Shown one piece after another: positions 36,381-46,600 of a stretch of DNA of 64,000 nt. The stretch spans positions 3,796 to 67,795 of the forward strand of contig JBIIWP010000002.1 of the NCBI GenBank assembly GCA_044338855.1, written 5' to 3'. The notes under the pieces are model-generated. The model made no database searches. It saw only the letters and a list, made by a program, of their open reading frames with translations, and was not told the origin of the DNA. A program made the position numbers and the translations under genes. Position 1 is the stretch's first letter. Each line of letters opens with the position of its first letter. Source of the DNA: Pseudohongiellaceae bacterium. Its GTDB lineage: Bacteria > Pseudomonadota > Gammaproteobacteria > Pseudomonadales > Pseudohongiellaceae.

Positions 36381-37433
36381 TCACGCAGACGGGTCGATTT
36401 CGGGAAGGGCGCGAATTCTACAGTCTTTTCCGAGCATTGCCACGTCGGCAAAGCGCAGCGCGATACGCTGGGACAAGTGCTCCAGTCCGGGCAACAGGGC
36501 CATGGGGCGGCCCTCGTGACCCAGCAGGCTGGGCGCGATGTAGACGAGCAACTCGTCCACCAGACCGGCCACCAGCAGGGCGCCACTGAGGACGGGGCCA
36601 GCCTCGACCAGCAACTCGTTGCAGCTGTGCTCCTGGGCAAGATGGCGCAGCAGCGCCTCGAGGTCGACCCGGTCGCCAGGCCCGGGGAACGCTGTGGTCG
36701 TCGCCAGCAGCAGGGGGCCGCCATCGCTGCGCAGTTGCGCCGTTACTGGTACGCGCCCGTGGCTGTCCACTACCACGCGTAAAGGCTGGGAACCGCGAAA
36801 TTCAGGAAGCCGCACATTCAGGCGCGGATCATCTGCCAGTACCGTGCCGCTGCCCGTAAGAATGGCGCAACTGCGGGCTCGCCAGCGCTGCACATCGGCA
36901 CGCGCTTCCGGCCCCGTGATCCACTGGCTTTCGCCGTTGGCCATGGCAGTGCGGCCATCAAGGCTCATGCCGAGCTTGCAGCGCACCCAGGGCAGGCCTT
37001 GACGCATGCGCTTGTTGAAACCGGGATTGACTGTTGCAGCCTGCGCTTCCAGCAAGGGCCCGCGCACGCGGATGCCAGCCTCGCGCAGGATCTGCAGACC
37101 CTTGCCAGCCACAAGTGGATTAGGGTCCTGCATGCCGTAGACAACTTCAGTCACGCCTGCGCGCACCAAAGCCTCGACGCAGGGACCTGTGCGCCCCTGG
37201 TGCGCGCAGGGTTCCAGCGATACATACACCGTGGCCCCACGTGCACGTTCCCCGGCCTGCGCCAGCGCCATGACTTCGGCATGGGCTTGACCAGCCACCT
37301 GATGCCAGCCCTCGCCAACTACGCCAGTGCCGTGCGCGATGACGCAACCCACTGCCGGATTGGGGCGACAGGTGTGGCGCCCCAGTTCGGCGAGCTGGAA
37401 GCAGCGCTGCATGAAGTCGGTGTCGGTGCTCAC
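36381..37433 (-). CDS. ribD: Bifunctional pyrimidine deaminase / uracil reductase RibD
   Basis: HAEVMAL and EPCAHQGRTGPC deaminase motifs plus a C-terminal reductase domain. Confidence 0.9.
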   Translation of the reverse strand: MSTDTDFMQRCFQLAELGRHTCRPNPAVGCVIAHGTGVVGEGWHQVAGQAHAEVMALAQAGERARGATVYVSLEPCAHQGRTGPCVEALVRAGVTEVVYGMQDPNPLVAGKGLQILREAGIRVRGPLLEAQAATVNPGFNKRMRQGLPWVRCKLGMSLDGRTAMANGESQWITGPEARADVQRWRARSCAILTGSGTVLADDPRLNVRLPEFRGSQPLRVVVDSHGRVPVTAQLRSDGGPLLLATTTAFPGPGDRVDLEALLRHLAQEHSCNELLVEAGPVLSGALLVAGLVDELLVYIAPSLLGHEGRPMALLPGLEHLSQRIALRFADVAMLGKDCRIRALPEIDPSA

Positions 37434-37486
37434 GGTGGCAAGGGCCTGATCGCGACGGTGGGACGGGCGGGCACGGGGGCCCGCTC

Positions 37487-37957
37487 CTACGGGGTGTTGT
37501 TGTTGCTGTCCTGCGAGATGCGGTCGATCTCCTCACGGAATTCGTTGAGGTCCTTGAAACTGCGGTAGACCGAGGCGAATCGCACATAGGCCACTTCGTC
37601 GAGGCGGTGCAGTTCTGACATTACCAGCTCACCAACCATTTTGCTGGGGACTTCGCGCTCACCGCTGGCACGCAGCTTGTGGTTGATGTGGGAGATCGCC
37701 TCCTCCACCTTTTCGGCACTGACGGGGCGCTTCTCCAGAGCCTTCAGCATCCCGGAGCGCAGCTTGTCTTCGTTGAAGGGCTCACGTTCCCCATTCTGTT
37801 TTACCAGGCGCGGCATCACCAGTTCGGCACTCTCGAAGGTAGTAAAGCGCTCGGCACAAGTGATGCACTCGCGCCGGCGTCTTACCTGATTGCCTTCGGC
37901 CACCAGACGCGAATCAATTACCTTGGTATCCACAGCGTTACAGAAAGGGCAATGCAT
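37487..37957 (-). CDS. nrdR: Transcriptional repressor NrdR
   Basis: [17 protein letters not shown] zinc ribbon plus an ATP-cone. Confidence 0.93.
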   Translation of the reverse strand: MHCPFCNAVDTKVIDSRLVAEGNQVRRRRECITCAERFTTFESAELVMPRLVKQNGEREPFNEDKLRSGMLKALEKRPVSAEKVEEAISHINHKLRASGEREVPSKMVGELVMSELHRLDEVAYVRFASVYRSFKDLNEFREEIDRISQDSNNNTP

Positions 37958-38008
37958 GGCGTCGGCTCTGTCAGGTAGCTATCGGGGTAGTCCCGGGAAA
38001 AGGGCGAC

Positions 38009-39265
<1,257 letters not shown>

Positions 39266-39366
39266 GCTTTCCTCAGTCTGGGCTTACCGGGTAGAATTCC
39301 GGCCCTGCATTCTACCCCAATTCCTGCGCTTTTTTTGGCCCACACTTTTCAACTCCCGGTACTGTT

Positions 39367-41031
39367 ATGGCCCAATTCGTCTACACCATGAACCGCGTCG
39401 GCAAGGTCGTGCCGCCGAAGCGCGAGATCCTCAAGGACATCTCCCTGTCCTTCTTCCCCGGCGCCAAGATCGGCGTACTGGGCCTCAACGGCTCCGGCAA
39501 ATCCACGCTGCTGCGCATCATGGCGGGCATCGACAAGGAGCACAACGGCGAGGCCCGGCCGCAGCCCGACCTGAAGATCGGCTATCTGCCGCAGGAACCA
39601 CAGCTGGACGAAAGCCGCACGGTGAAGGAAAACGTCGAAGACGGCATCCGCGAAATCAAGGATCTGATCGACGAATTCAACGCCATCAGCGACAAGTTCG
39701 CCGAGCCCATGAGCGACGACGAAATGAACGCGCTGCTGGAACGCCAGGGCGTGCTGCAAGGCGAAATTGACGCAAAAGGCGGCTGGGACATCGACCGCAC
39801 CCTCGAGATCGCCGCCGATGCGCTGCGCCTGCCGCCCTGGGACGCCGTGGTGAAGAACCTTTCCGGTGGCGAGAAGCGTCGTGTGGCGCTGTGCCGCCTG
39901 CTGTTGTCGAACCCCGACATGCTGCTGCTCGATGAGCCCACCAACCATCTGGATGCACTGTCCGTGGCCTGGCTCGAACGCTTCCTGAAGGATTTCACCG
40001 GCACCGTCGTTGCCATCACGCACGATCGCTACTTCCTCGACAATGCTGCCGGCTGGATTCTCGAACTCGACCGCGGCTACGGCATTCCCTACGAAGGCAA
40101 CTACACCGCATGGCTGGAAACCAAGGAAAAGCGCCTTGAAACCGAAGCCAAGCAGCAGGCCTCGCTGGACAAGGCCGTGAAGTCCGAACTGGAGTGGGTA
40201 CGCCAGAATCCGAAAGGTCGTCAGGCCAAGAGCAAGGCGCGTCTCGCCCGCTTCGAGGAAATGCAGTCGAAGGAATTCCAGGGGCGCAACGAAACGCTCG
40301 AGCTCTACATTCCGCCGGGCCCACGTCTTGGCGAAAAGGTTATCGAAGTGGAGCACCTGTGCAAGGGCTTCGGCGAACGCATGCTGATCAACGACCTCAA
40401 CTTCAACATCCCGCGCGGCTCCATCGTCGGCATCATCGGCGGCAACGGCGCCGGCAAAACCACTTTCCTGCGCATGCTGGTGGGCCAGGAACAGCCGGAC
40501 AGCGGCAGCATCACGTTGGGTGACACCGTGAACCTCGCGTACGTGGACCAGAGCCGTGACTCGCTCAATGGCGACAACACCGTATGGAAGGAAATCTCCG
40601 ACGGCCAGGACACGCTGAAGATCGGCAACTACGAAGTCGCCTCGCGCGCCTACGTGGGCCGTTTCAACTTCAAGGGCAACGACCAGCAGAAGCTGGTGCG
40701 TGAACTGTCGGGTGGCGAGCGCAATCGCGTACACCTGGCCAAGCTGCTGAAGCGCGGCGCCAACGTTGTGATGCTCGACGAACCCACCAACGACCTCGAC
40801 GTCGAAACGCTGCGGGCATTGGAAGAAGCGCTGCTGGCCTTCCCCGGCACCGTCATCGTGGTGTCGCACGATCGCTGGTTCCTCGATCGCATCGCCACGC
40901 ACATCCTGGCCTTCGAAGGCGAGAGTGAAGTGGTGTTCCACGAGGGCAACTACAGCGACTACGAAGAAGACCGCAAGAAGCGCAAGGGTGACATGGAGCC
41001 CACGCGCGTGAAGTACAAGCGCCTGATCTGA
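39367..41031 (+). CDS. ettA: Energy-dependent translational throttle protein EttA (ABC-F)
   Basis: MAQFVYTMNRVGKVVPPKREILKDISLSF. Two NBDs (GLNGSGKSTLL/LSGGEKRR and GGNGAGKTTF/LSGGERNR), no TM domain. Confidence 0.93.
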   Translation: MAQFVYTMNRVGKVVPPKREILKDISLSFFPGAKIGVLGLNGSGKSTLLRIMAGIDKEHNGEARPQPDLKIGYLPQEPQLDESRTVKENVEDGIREIKDLIDEFNAISDKFAEPMSDDEMNALLERQGVLQGEIDAKGGWDIDRTLEIAADALRLPPWDAVVKNLSGGEKRRVALCRLLLSNPDMLLLDEPTNHLDALSVAWLERFLKDFTGTVVAITHDRYFLDNAAGWILELDRGYGIPYEGNYTAWLETKEKRLETEAKQQASLDKAVKSELEWVRQNPKGRQAKSKARLARFEEMQSKEFQGRNETLELYIPPGPRLGEKVIEVEHLCKGFGERMLINDLNFNIPRGSIVGIIGGNGAGKTTFLRMLVGQEQPDSGSITLGDTVNLAYVDQSRDSLNGDNTVWKEISDGQDTLKIGNYEVASRAYVGRFNFKGNDQQKLVRELSGGERNRVHLAKLLKRGANVVMLDEPTNDLDVETLRALEEALLAFPGTVIVVSHDRWFLDRIATHILAFEGESEVVFHEGNYSDYEEDRKKRKGDMEPTRVKYKRLI

Positions 41032-41038
41032 GACTGAC

Positions 41039-41707
41039 TCAGAGATCGAACTGTTTGCGCAGCGCCGCCATGCGCCTGAGGTTTTCTTCAGGGCTGAGCG
41101 GTGCAGGCAGGTTATCCGGCAGGGCGCGCCGGACCGGCAACTGCAGTTGCTCACCCGTCATCACGCGATGACAGAGCTGGCTGTAGTTGTAGTCGAACAA
41201 GGGAAACACCTGTGCCTGCGTCTCCGATGCGAGCGCATGCCAGCCGGTGTGCTCCGCCGCGAGGAATACAGCGGGATGTGACCATTGGTACAGGGACTTC
41301 GGTTCTGGTGCACAGCAGGCTTCCACGTAGGCTGCCTGCGCAGTGGGCAAGCCAAACAGATCGTGGGCGTTTTCACAGGCCTGCACGATGGCAGCCAGTG
41401 TGGGCAGGTACTCGGAATTGCGCACCACATGACGCACTGCCCGCAGGATCACGTCCGGCGAGTACTCACCCAGCACGCCCAGCCAGTACTTCTTGGCCAG
41501 CACCAGCGCGCCGTCAGCGGCAAAGGCCTTGTGGAACTGGTTGTGGTAGGCCAGCGCCAGCTCGGCAAACACCTGGTTGATCGCATCGACATGGTCACGC
41601 CCGCCAGCTGCAGCCTTTGGAGGGGCGTTTTCGCCGGAGCGCAATTGGCGCTTGCCGGACGCTTGCGCCGGCACAAGGCCGGCAAGACTCTGATCGACGT
41701 GTTTCAT
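41039..41707 (-). CDS. Phage lambda replication protein P-like protein (orphan)
   Basis: Colinear by eye with lambda P as recalled: INQVFAEL..., W...YSPDVILRAVRHV...EYLPTLAAIVQAC, GLPT...Y.EAC...WSHPAVF, GEQLQLP...LP. ATG 41707 chosen; the longer ORF to 42118 is a shadow extension. Confidence 0.5.
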   Translation of the reverse strand: MKHVDQSLAGLVPAQASGKRQLRSGENAPPKAAAGGRDHVDAINQVFAELALAYHNQFHKAFAADGALVLAKKYWLGVLGEYSPDVILRAVRHVVRNSEYLPTLAAIVQACENAHDLFGLPTAQAAYVEACCAPEPKSLYQWSHPAVFLAAEHTGWHALASETQAQVFPLFDYNYSQLCHRVMTGEQLQLPVRRALPDNLPAPLSPEENLRRMAALRKQFDL

Positions 41708-41857
41708 GCCTGGCATTCTAGGCTGGACTCCATGGCATGGCCAGCAAAGAGGACAAGGCCGATCAGGTGACCTCACTCCCTTTGGGCCGGCCGACTTGTC
41801 ACACTGGGGCACCTCCTTTATCTTGCCAGCCCTTGCCCAGCCGCGGAGTCCAGCCCC

Positions 41858-42997
41858 ATGAACAAGTGCCACAGCATCGCAGACCTGCGCGCCCGCGCCC
41901 GCCGTCGCCTGCCGCGCGTGATGTTCGACTACATTGACGGCGCCGCCGAAGACGAAGTGACGATGGCACGCAACAGCGCCGGCTTTGGCGACTATGCGCT
42001 GGTGCCGCGCGTGCTCCGGGACGTGAGCAGTATCAAGCTCGACACCACAATCCAGGGCATTCCGTCCAAACTGCCACTGGTACTCTCTCCCACGGGTGGC
42101 ACCCGCCTGTTCCACCACGAAGGCGAGCTGGCAACGTCCGCCGCTGCAGCGGCGGCTGGCCTCATCTTCACGCTGTCATCGATGTCCACCTACGACATCG
42201 AGACCGTAGGCGCCAACACCACGGGGCCCAAGTGGTTCCAGATCTATGTATGGAAAGATCGCGGCGTGGTGAAGGAATTCATCGAACGCGCGCGCAGCAG
42301 CGGCTACCAGGCCCTGGTGCTTACCGTGGACGTGCAGACCTCCGGCCAGCGCGAGCGTGACCTGCGCAACGGCTTCACCCTGCCGCCGAAGTTCACGCTG
42401 TCATCACTGTTCGACATGGCGCTGCATCCCTGGTGGTGGTGGACCACGCTGACCAAGCCACCCATCACGCTGGCCAATGTCGCCGGCAAAGCCATGGGCG
42501 TGCAGAACGCCACGTCGATGGGCCAGTATGCAGCGAGCCAGCTCGACCCGACGGTGGATTTCGATGACCTGGCGTGGATGATCGAACAGTGGAAAGGTCC
42601 CTTTCTGGTGAAAGGCGTGAGTTCACCGCAGGATGCCAAGCGTATCGCCGACCTCGGCGCCACCGGTGTGATCGTGTCGAACCACGGCGGACGCCAGCTC
42701 GACCAGTCGATCGCCGCGATCGATGCACTGCCTGCCATCGTTGAAGCCGTGGATGGCAAGGCAGAAGTGTTGCTGGACGGTGGCATACGGCGCGGTACCG
42801 ACATCATCAAGGCGCTGAGCCTTGGCGCCCGCGCCTGCATGATGGGACGCCCCTTCCTCTACGGACTGGCCGCCGGTGGCCAACCTGGCGCGGCGCGCGC
42901 CATCGATATCCTTGGCAGCGAGCTGAAACGCTCGATGATGCTGCTGGGCTGCGACGATATCCACGCCCTGAACCCGTCTTTCGTGCAGCGCCGCTGA
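41858..42997 (+). CDS. FMN-dependent alpha-hydroxy-acid dehydrogenase/oxidase (LldD/glycolate oxidase family)
   Basis: DLRARARRRLPRVMFDYIDGAAEDE, WFQIYV, VSNHGGRQLD. Confidence 0.85.
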   Translation: MNKCHSIADLRARARRRLPRVMFDYIDGAAEDEVTMARNSAGFGDYALVPRVLRDVSSIKLDTTIQGIPSKLPLVLSPTGGTRLFHHEGELATSAAAAAAGLIFTLSSMSTYDIETVGANTTGPKWFQIYVWKDRGVVKEFIERARSSGYQALVLTVDVQTSGQRERDLRNGFTLPPKFTLSSLFDMALHPWWWWTTLTKPPITLANVAGKAMGVQNATSMGQYAASQLDPTVDFDDLAWMIEQWKGPFLVKGVSSPQDAKRIADLGATGVIVSNHGGRQLDQSIAAIDALPAIVEAVDGKAEVLLDGGIRRGTDIIKALSLGARACMMGRPFLYGLAAGGQPGAARAIDILGSELKRSMMLLGCDDIHALNPSFVQRR

Positions 42998-43030
42998 CCA
43001 GCGCTGCCCCGGGAGTGGCGCCAGCCTGCT

Positions 43031-43690
43031 TCAGCTGCGGTTGCGGCTGGCCAGCGCTGCCTGTGCGGCATGTTGTTCCCGCAGGAGCTCGCGCGTGACC
43101 TCGCGATTCGCCACCCTGAGGTACCACTCTGCGAGTCCCGGCACTTCCTCCAGCATGTCCCAGTCGTAGACGAGTCGGGTCAGGCGATTGCTGAGCGTGA
43201 AGGAGTGGAACACGAAGATGTCGGCGGCGGTGAACGTCTCGCCGCAGATCCACGGCCGGAAGTGCACCAGGCGCCCCAGCGCCGCAAGCCCTTTGTGTGC
43301 CGCAGGCCGGCTGTGTGCCTTGACGGATTCCGGCACCTCGCGCCCGAACAGGGCGCCAATGAGATTGTGGGCAGGTGTCTCGACGTACAGCTCCTGGGTC
43401 TTGATGAGTTGGCGCACCTTGGCACGCGCAAAGGGATCTTGCGGAAACAAGGCCTGTCGCGGGAAGGCATCGTCGAGATAGTCAAGGATGGCGTCAGTTT
43501 CGCTGATGAAACCATGCTCTGTTTCCAGCACCGGCACCTTGCCCATCGGGCTTTTGGCCAGGAATTCGGGTTCCTGGCTGGGCCGTACTTCCACCACCTC
43601 GAAGTCGAGGCCTTTCTCCAGCATGGCGTGCTTCACCATGTTGAAATAATTGCTGAGGGGCATGCCGTAGAGTTTCATGTGCAGACTCAT
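43031..43690 (-). CDS. Glutathione S-transferase family protein
   Basis: MKLYG...KSPMGKVPVLE thioredoxin-like N-domain plus a helical C-domain. ATG 43690 forms an ATGA overlap with the lhr stop; the alternative ATG is at 43678. Confidence 0.75.
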   Translation of the reverse strand: MSLHMKLYGMPLSNYFNMVKHAMLEKGLDFEVVEVRPSQEPEFLAKSPMGKVPVLETEHGFISETDAILDYLDDAFPRQALFPQDPFARAKVRQLIKTQELYVETPAHNLIGALFGREVPESVKAHSRPAAHKGLAALGRLVHFRPWICGETFTAADIFVFHSFTLSNRLTRLVYDWDMLEEVPGLAEWYLRVANREVTRELLREQHAAQAALASRNRS

Positions 43691-46600
43691 GTTTTCCCGA
43701 TATAGGCGCGCAGACGTGGCGGATAGTGACGCCGCTGCAAAAGTTGCTGGTATTCCCACTGGTTCTCTTCATGCGCAGGCTGCAGGCAGCGCGCCGTGTC
43801 CTTTTCCAGCACGGCAACAGGCACTCCGTCCTCAAACAGGATGCGGTTGCCCGACAGATGCGGCACGCGCTTTTCCGGCAGCAGAGTACCCAGCAGGTTC
43901 AGCGGATCGGTGGCATTCAGGACAATGCGGACAGGACTGCGCTGCACACCAGCTCTTTCCTGCTCCTGCTGCCAGAACTTGTGGCGCCGCCGCAGGGCAT
44001 CAACGGTGTCTGCCAGCGCAAACTGTTCACCGCCGACACCAGCGATGAAACGGCCACCGCGGATGTCGCCGCGCAATTCCATACGCCGCAGCTTCAGCAG
44101 CAGCTGGCGCCAGGGTGGCGCGTTCTGCTCGCGCTCGAGCACACGGCGGCTCAGCACGCCCCAGCGCTGCAGATAAATGCCAACAAGACGCTCAAGCTGC
44201 GCATCGTCCAGTTGGTTACCGTCTGGTGTTCCCGGCAAGTTCAGCAGCGACCAGCGGCCGGCATCCTCTATGCCATAGATGGCGCGGCGACGCTCGTGGC
44301 TGCCCACCTTGGGTTTGTTCGCATCAGGGGTAAGCAAGGCTCGCAGTCCGGTGAAGTTGTCGCTGGTCACCAACCCACTGCTGACAAGCTCGGCCAGCGC
44401 CTGTTCCACTTGCACGGACATGAGCCCGCACATGCGGACAAGGTCAGTAAAGAAACTGGCTCCACGCTGTACCAGATGTCCATGCACCAGTAATGCTGCC
44501 GATGACAGTCCCGCTGGCCCGGCCGCATCCTTCGCGCTGGCGCCTGCCTCTGTCCCGCTGGAGTCCGGGCGCCGTGACGGGACGTCCTCCTGCGAGGCCA
44601 GCAACTGCCATAGATCAAGATTGCAGCGCGCCACGAGGTTCAGTGGCGTGCTCTTGATTGGACCGCTCTTGCGAGTCTCCCCGCTGTGCTCGCGCGGCTG
44701 CAGGATGCGGCCCCAGCACAACTGGCCGCTGATGCACAGCTGGTCGAGCCACGCGGGATCATAGTTCGGCAGTCGCGCCGGCAGGATGTCTGCCTCCCAC
44801 GCAGTAGCCGGAGCGGTAACGCCATCGAGCTGCTGCAGGATGCGCGCCAGCGTCTGTGCCGTGACAGCGGCAGGCAGTGCTTCGCGACCGACTGCCTGGA
44901 TGTCGTGCAGCTCGAACAAGTACTGCATGTACACCTGCAACGACACCGGCTTGATACTCTCCCGGTGTGCGTCGATGGTGTAGCGATGGATGCGCTGCAA
45001 TAGGCGACGCTCACACCACTCTTTTTCCTGCAAGCCACCTTGCTGCGTGCACGTCTTGTCAGGCGTTGCACCAGTGAGTGGCGTGTAATGGCCCTGGAAA
45101 GCAAAACCTTCCATTTCCAGCGCCAGCAAGGCCTGCTGCGTACTGCTGACACTCAGGCCGAGGGGCGCACCCAGCACGGAAGCGCGCACGGGGCCAAGGC
45201 CTTCGAGACGGCCACGCACAATCTCGACCAGCGCGGCCTCGTGGGTCCAGACCTGTTGCGCCAATGCTTCCGGCAACTGCACAACGGGCTTGAAGTTCCA
45301 GTCACCGTCCAGTGCAGCAAACTGCGGTTGGCGCTCACTGGCTATCCACAGCTTGAGTTTGCCGTGGCGCGCCTGCGTCACGCGATTCTGCTTCAGCAAG
45401 GGCTCGAGCAGCGGCGACACATCGGGCTGCCCGTCATTGCCCTGCACTTCCGCATCAGACATGAAGCCCAGCAGCATCAGCGCCTCGTGCAGTTCGTCGG
45501 GGCTGCGTACCCAGGGCCAGGCTTCCTCCTTCACACGTTCGATCGCCGTGATGTCCAGTGCGCTGAAGTCTTCGGTCTCGGCCGGATCGATCCAGCTGCG
45601 GTTGCGGATGGCCAGCGTGCGACGCTCTTCGAAAGGCGCATCGTCGAGGAAGGCATAAGGCCGCGCGTTGATGATCTCCTGCGCGAAGGGCGAGGGCTCG
45701 CGCAGGTCACGCGCCACCAGTTCCACCTGATTGTTCTCGATGCGGCGCACGATCTCTTCGAGCTCCTCGATGTCCATTGCTTCGCTGAGACAATCGTTGA
45801 TGGTCTGTTGCACCAGCGGATGTTGCGGCACTTCGCGGGGGCCACTGATGTTTTCGAGGCAGGCGAGCTGATCCGGAAATACCTGCGCCACGAAGTCTTC
45901 GGCGGCCATGCGCTGGAACTGCGGGGGTACACGCTTGCCGTTGCGGTTGCGCTGCACCGCCAGGGCGCGGCTGGCATTCCAGCGCCAGCGCACCTCGAAC
46001 ATCGGCGCATCCAGCAGCGCCTGCACGAGGATGTCGCGCACCGTGGCGCTCTGCAGGTAACGGAACACCTCGGCCAGTTCGAAGCTGTGCACGGAACCCA
46101 GCGAGATGACGATGCTGTCTTCATTCGCCGCTGCCTGCAGCTCGAAGTTAAAGCTGCGGCAGAAGCGCTTGCGCAGGGCCAGACCCCAGGCCTTGTTGAC
46201 GCGCGAACCGAAGGGCGCGTGGATGACGAGATGCATGTCGCCCACTTCGTCGAAGAAGCGCTCCATCACCAGGCAGTCTCGCGTGGGCATTACGTTCAAG
46301 GCGCGGCTGCCGGTGAACAAATAGGCCGCGAGCTGCTCGGCTGCACCGGGGTCGAGCCTTACCTCGTCCTGCAGCCACTGCTGGCCTGCTGCCAGCGATA
46401 CTTCGAAGCGCAGCTGCAATTCGCTGCGCAGGCGTGACACCGATTCCGACAATTCACGTGAACGGCCTGGCCCCTCGCCGATCCAGAACGGCAGCGTGGG
46501 CGGCTGGCCCTGTGCATCAGCCACGCGCACCTTGAGTCCGTCGATCTTCAGCAGGCGCCAGCTGTGATTGCCAAGACTGAACACATCGCCGGGAATCGCT

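Noticed and set aside
34496-37486. FMN (RFN) riboswitch within the rib gene cluster
   Set aside because: Intergenic gaps are 33-53 nt, too short for an RFN element, and no GGGCAGGGTGAAATTCCC-like core was seen.
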